Source: Nitrosopumilus sp. (GTDB taxonomy: Archaea > Thermoproteota > Nitrososphaeria > Nitrososphaerales > Nitrosopumilaceae). From it: a stretch of DNA of 64,000 bases. Of this stretch, positions 59,505 through 64,000 are shown one piece after another. Below the pieces are notes generated by a model. That model saw only the letters and a program-made list of their open reading frames with translations. It had not been told where the DNA came from and did no database searches. Numbering within the stretch: position 1 is the stretch's first letter; each line of letters begins with the position of its first letter. Made by a program: the position numbers and the translations under genes. The stretch is from assembly GCA_965219345.1 (NCBI GenBank), contig OZ244732.1, forward strand, positions 864,001 to 928,000. Reading direction: 5' to 3'.

Positions 59505-60584
59505 ATGAAAAAATATCGTTCCAGAATTATGATCGTATCAATATCTGTGATCATAGCGATGTCTACACTTTACTTTACATTTACAGAAGATATTAGTGCC
59601 CAGCTAAAAGAGATTGCCTTTGTTACACATACTGGTGGTGTTATAAAGACAACAGGCGAGATAATTGATCCTGTATACACCGCATCGATAGATCCTGAAC
59701 ACACCACATCTACTGTAGAATTTGATCCAATGGAATATCTGCGAGAATTTAACTATGGAAAAATTTCACAGTTACCTGACGGTACAACTCTAAGAGAATT
59801 TACGATAATTGCCGAGGACGATAAAATTATGGAAGTTTCACCAGGTGTGTTCTTTAACGTATGGACCTTCAATGGTACTGTTCCAGGTCCAACCATAAGA
59901 GCTACTGAAGGTGATCTTGTCCGTATAAATTTCATCAATAACGGTTCAAAATCACATACAATGCACTTTCATGGAATCCATCCAGCAGAGATGGATGGTG
60001 TATTTGAAGTAGTTGGATCTGGAGGTGGATTTACTTATGAATTTGAAGCAGGTCCTGTTGGCGTTCATCCATATCACTGTCATGTGATGCCACTTGAAGA
60101 ACATATTGTACGTGGCCTGTATGGAGTTTACATAGTTGATCCAAAAGAAGGCAGACCCGCAGCAGATGAAATGGTTATGGTCCTAAATGGCTTGGATACT
60201 GATTTTGATACCGAAAATAATTTCTATGCTGCAAACACAATTCCATTTTACTACCAGAACAACCCAATCCAAATTAACACAAACGAATTAATCAGAATTT
60301 ATGTATTGAACATGGTTGAATTTGATCTAATTAACAACCTTCACTTGCATGGTAATCTATACAATTACTATCCAACGGGAACGGATATTGTTCCGTCATT
60401 TTACACAGATATGATAACTTTATCCCAAACTGAGCGTGGAATTATGGAATTTGAATACACATATCCTGGAAAGTATCTGTTCCATGCTCATAAGGTAGAA
60501 TTTTCAGAAAAAGGCTGGGTTGGAATATTCCAGGTTAATGACAATCAACAAGATCAAAGAGAGTCAGTAGAATATGGAAATTAG
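59505..60584 (+). CDS. Two-domain multicopper oxidase
   Basis: HTMHFHG, YHCH....H...G, HLHG, FHAH. Confidence 0.92.
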   Translation: MKKYRSRIMIVSISVIIAMSTLYFTFTEDISAQLKEIAFVTHTGGVIKTTGEIIDPVYTASIDPEHTTSTVEFDPMEYLREFNYGKISQLPDGTTLREFTIIAEDDKIMEVSPGVFFNVWTFNGTVPGPTIRATEGDLVRINFINNGSKSHTMHFHGIHPAEMDGVFEVVGSGGGFTYEFEAGPVGVHPYHCHVMPLEEHIVRGLYGVYIVDPKEGRPAADEMVMVLNGLDTDFDTENNFYAANTIPFYYQNNPIQINTNELIRIYVLNMVEFDLINNLHLHGNLYNYYPTGTDIVPSFYTDMITLSQTERGIMEFEYTYPGKYLFHAHKVEFSEKGWVGIFQVNDNQQDQRESVEYGN

Positions 60585-61767
60585 TGGAACACCATCAAAA
60601 GGCAAGCTGATTACAAGTGGAATAATTCCATTTGCATTTCTCGTACTTTTGATAGCATACATTTTTGGTCCAGGTTCTGATATTTTAGATTTGGGTGTAC
60701 CATTACCTGAGATAACTATGGAAAAAGTTGATTTTGTAGATTCTGAGATACTTGTAACCGTAAGAAACACTGGACCAATTCCTGTAGAGGTTGTTATGGC
60801 CGACATTAATGACAGAATTCAGCCCGCAGCAGTTGAACCTGATAGATTCTTGGAACGATATGAAACTGCTTTGGTTAGAATACCATTTGCATGGAATGAA
60901 GCAGAACCCTACATAATTGGATTAACAATTGAGGATGGAACCAGATTTGAAAAAGAAATTGAAGCAGCTGCTCCTGCATTGGAACCGAGCCTTGAACTTG
61001 TTGGATTTTTTACATTAATTGGAACTTATGTTGGAATCATACCTGTAATGATTGGGTTACTTTGGCTTCCATTTATCAAAAGAATTAGTAAAAACAAATA
61101 TCATTTCTTTTTAGCACTTACTGCAGGACTGTTACTGTTCTTAGGCATTGATTCTATTGAAGAGGCACTAGATGTCTCTGAAGAAAATCTTGCAGGCAGT
61201 TTCAATGGTGCATTGCTAGTAGCTACAGCTGTAGTCTTGTCATTTCTTGCTCTGTACTATGCTGGTGAAAAATTAGTAAAAAGAGCCGAATCCTCTAGAA
61301 TCACAAAACCTGTGGCTATAGCACTAATGATTTCCATTGGAATTGGACTGCATAATTTTGGAGAAGGACTTGCAATTGGCGCAGCAGTTGGTTTAGGTTC
61401 TATTGCATTTAGTACATTTTTGATAGTTGGATTTGCATTGCACAATACCACTGAGGGTATTGCCATTGCAGCGCCAATGTCTAGGGGAAAAGGATTGGTA
61501 GGAAAAGCATTGATAGGAAAACTTGCAGCACTGGGATTAATTGCCGGCGCTCCTGCAATTTTTGGTGCATGGATAGGCGGATTTGTTTACTCCCCATTTA
61601 CTTCAGTGATTTTTCTTGCAATTGGTGCAGGTGCAATATTCCAAGTAATAATTACCATATTGAGATGGATACGAGAAGAAGGCGACAAAAATCTCTCAAG
61701 TGCCTCAGTAGCTTCTGGATTTGCTATAGGAATGCTGATTATGTATCTAACTAGTATTTTGGTTTAG
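60574..61767 (+). CDS. ZIP family metal transporter with N-terminal extracellular domain
   Basis: LHNFGEGLAIG, LHNTTEG. Confidence 0.92.
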   Translation: MEISGTPSKGKLITSGIIPFAFLVLLIAYIFGPGSDILDLGVPLPEITMEKVDFVDSEILVTVRNTGPIPVEVVMADINDRIQPAAVEPDRFLERYETALVRIPFAWNEAEPYIIGLTIEDGTRFEKEIEAAAPALEPSLELVGFFTLIGTYVGIIPVMIGLLWLPFIKRISKNKYHFFLALTAGLLLFLGIDSIEEALDVSEENLAGSFNGALLVATAVVLSFLALYYAGEKLVKRAESSRITKPVAIALMISIGIGLHNFGEGLAIGAAVGLGSIAFSTFLIVGFALHNTTEGIAIAAPMSRGKGLVGKALIGKLAALGLIAGAPAIFGAWIGGFVYSPFTSVIFLAIGAGAIFQVIITILRWIREEGDKNLSSASVASGFAIGMLIMYLTSILV

Positions 61768-63116
61768 TCTGGTTCTGGATGGATTGTTATTACCGCATTT
61801 TTAATTTGTGTTCTAATGACATGCTCTATCTTTGATGTTAAATCATGAACTTTTTCAATTGACAATTCCTTATCAAATGAACAATCAATATCTATCTTGA
61901 GAATATTCTCAAAACTCAAAGATACTATACGGCCAATTTTTTTAATTTCTGAATATTTCTCTAAAACTGCCCTAATTTCTTCTTCCACGATCTTGTCTTC
62001 TAAATTAAAATTCTCAGGTACTGTCAGAAATGGCTCTAAATGGATAGTGGCGTGCTCAATTTCTGGGATATTTTCTTGAATTTTCTGCTCAACAATTTCA
62101 GAAATTTCATGGGCTGATAATAGATTGATGTCTTTGTCAACCATTACGTGTAAATCAGAATAGGTCTTTCCTCTGCTTTTGTGCGTGCTGACATTATGTA
62201 CTTCTTTTACACCATCAACACTTTTTGCAATATCCAATATTTTTGCATCCAGTGGAACATCTTTCCAATTTGGTTCAAAATGGATTGTGATTGCAGCATT
62301 TGAAATTTTGTTTTTTATGTTTCTCTCGACATTATTGCTAATTTCATGTGCCTTATCAAAACTAGTATCTCCTCTTAACGAGATTGTTATATCTGCAAAA
62401 AATGTATCACCTGATCTTCTCATTAGTATTGGATCAGCATCAATAACTCCTTCTGTTGAAGTTGCAATCTCTTTAACATTTTTTACAAGTTCTGGTGAGA
62501 TAATATCTGTTAAATCAAGAGCAGTTCTGTAGATTAATTTTACACTAAGTACTGCTAACAACCCTCCTAAAATCAGCGCCGCAACAAAATCTCCGTAATG
62601 GAATCCGTATGAAATCACAATTATTCCAACAATTGCAACTAAAGTAGAGCCAAGATCCATAAATGCATGATAAAAATCTGCTTTGAGAGTTGCACCTCCA
62701 ATTTTTTTAATGGATTTTCTCAACAGAACTATTCTAAAAATGTCAATTCCTATTGTGTATAACCCGCCAATTATTGCAAATAATCCTGGTAGAATGCTTG
62801 GTGGGGGACTTTGCAACCTATTGATAGATTCGTAAATAAAAAAACATGCAATCAGAAAAATTGCTATTCCTCCAATCAATCCTCCCAATGATTCAATTTT
62901 TCCATGTCCATAGGTATGTTCTGCATCAGGAGGTTTGATTGCCAATCTTGCCGCCAAAAGTAAAACAAGAGTAACAACACTATCTAGCAATGCATGAATG
63001 CTATCTGTAATTAGAGCAAGACTGTTTGAGACTAAACCAAAAATTAGCTCTACTAGAAATGCTGAAAAAATAGCTAGAAATGAAATCTGTAAAACTTTGG
63101 TTCTTTGAACAAACAT
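61764..63116 (-). CDS. Cation diffusion facilitator with three ZT_dimer domains
   Basis: DSIHALLD, HTYGHGKIE, three IH.EP motifs. Confidence 0.92.
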   Translation of the reverse strand: MFVQRTKVLQISFLAIFSAFLVELIFGLVSNSLALITDSIHALLDSVVTLVLLLAARLAIKPPDAEHTYGHGKIESLGGLIGGIAIFLIACFFIYESINRLQSPPPSILPGLFAIIGGLYTIGIDIFRIVLLRKSIKKIGGATLKADFYHAFMDLGSTLVAIVGIIVISYGFHYGDFVAALILGGLLAVLSVKLIYRTALDLTDIISPELVKNVKEIATSTEGVIDADPILMRRSGDTFFADITISLRGDTSFDKAHEISNNVERNIKNKISNAAITIHFEPNWKDVPLDAKILDIAKSVDGVKEVHNVSTHKSRGKTYSDLHVMVDKDINLLSAHEISEIVEQKIQENIPEIEHATIHLEPFLTVPENFNLEDKIVEEEIRAVLEKYSEIKKIGRIVSLSFENILKIDIDCSFDKELSIEKVHDLTSKIEHVIRTQIKNAVITIHPEPD

Positions 63117-63179
63117 TTTCCTTATTTTTTGATATTTTTTATCGTGTATTACAAGTTTCTAAGAAGAAATGCTACTACA

Positions 63180-63395
63180 ATGTTATCTGTGATTAGTCGA
63201 TATTTTGAGATGTTGGATAACAAATACTTGTATTTACTGGCAATTTTCTCAATAATTTTAGTAATTCCTGTCATAAATGCTGAGGCACCAAGCAATCCTA
63301 ACTTGTATGTCTCAGCAGAAAATTCTCAATTTAACAACTATTTTTCAGATACAAAGTATTGGAATCTTTTTACATATACTTGCTATATTAGGTAA
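63180..63395 (+). pseudogene. Secreted protein 5' fragment, apparently truncated
   Basis: Signal peptide plus NPNLYVSAENSQFNNYFS, then an abrupt stop before the recombinase. Confidence 0.5.
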
Positions 63396-63412
63396 AATTT
63401 CATTTAGGATAA

Positions 63413-64000
63413 CATTCCTATATCGAGGAATTAACACGTGAGCAGTATCTTGCAAACATAGAGAATCAAAGAACCAGAAAATCCAATCTAACTTCGCTGA
63501 ACCAGTTTGATGAATTCTGCATAGATTTGTTTGAAAAGAATGGTGACCAAGTAACTCTAGATGCAAGAGATCATATCAAAGAAACTTTAGATGATTCTAA
63601 TCTGTATAGATTGTTGCAGGGTTTTGTCAACTGGTTGAATGAAGATCATCTAGAGTTGTTAATCAAATCAAGAAATCATACAAGACCAATGACAAAAAGA
63701 CACCCCATCACCATCAAAAATTATCTTAGCGGGGTCAAACAATACATCGAAGAATTTGGAAACATCGATATCATAGACAGAAAATATCACAAGAGAGTAA
63801 AAATTCCAAAGAAACCAAAAGAGGAACTAGAGCCATTTAGAAAAGAAGAGATCAGAGATTTAATTGATCATTCTAGTTTTGATAGAAAAGTACTCTACAT
63901 GACACTAAAAGATTCAGGCATGAGGATTGGAGAGGCAGTGCAAATTCGGAAATGCCATATAGATGTGATTAAAGATCCTGTAGAAATTCACATTCCTGCA
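63413..64000 (+). CDS. Tyrosine recombinase/integrase (partial, runs off the window)
   Basis: Frame open from 63413: TIKNYLSGVKQY...FRKEEIRDL...LKDSGMRIGEAVQI; start codon unclear. Confidence 0.85.

Overview
The window comes from an AT-rich ammonia-oxidising archaeon (Nitrosopumilaceae-like Thaumarchaeota): amoX-amoA, archaeal tRNAs with multiple introns, and housekeeping genes trpS, pheST, aconitase, pdxST, valS, purB, rtcB, rps11, thiL, rps4 and rps13. Three accessory zones interrupt the core. (1) A decayed ~3.3 kb element with a split SSV1-type integrase sits in tRNA-Thr(GGT) (2212-5551). (2) A ~18 kb junk-rich island (~38.7-57.0 kb) holds IS6 remnants, a three-copy MITE, several toxin-antitoxin modules, a degenerate tRNA and a GC-rich giant surface protein with perfect 306-bp repeats. 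(3) A tyrosine recombinase runs off the right end. The most striking observation is three unrelated sites (5602, 51773, 55312), each with a ~36-bp duplication of local sequence flanking a 36-40-bp unique insert, with AGGA at repeat positions 3-6 when co-oriented. This is the footprint expected from CRISPR-spacer-like (Cas1-type) integration outside any array. One site has its empty allele inside the window. A ~430-nt highly structured ncRNA candidate follows pheT. All calls come from reading the sequence and the supplied ORFs; no searches were run.
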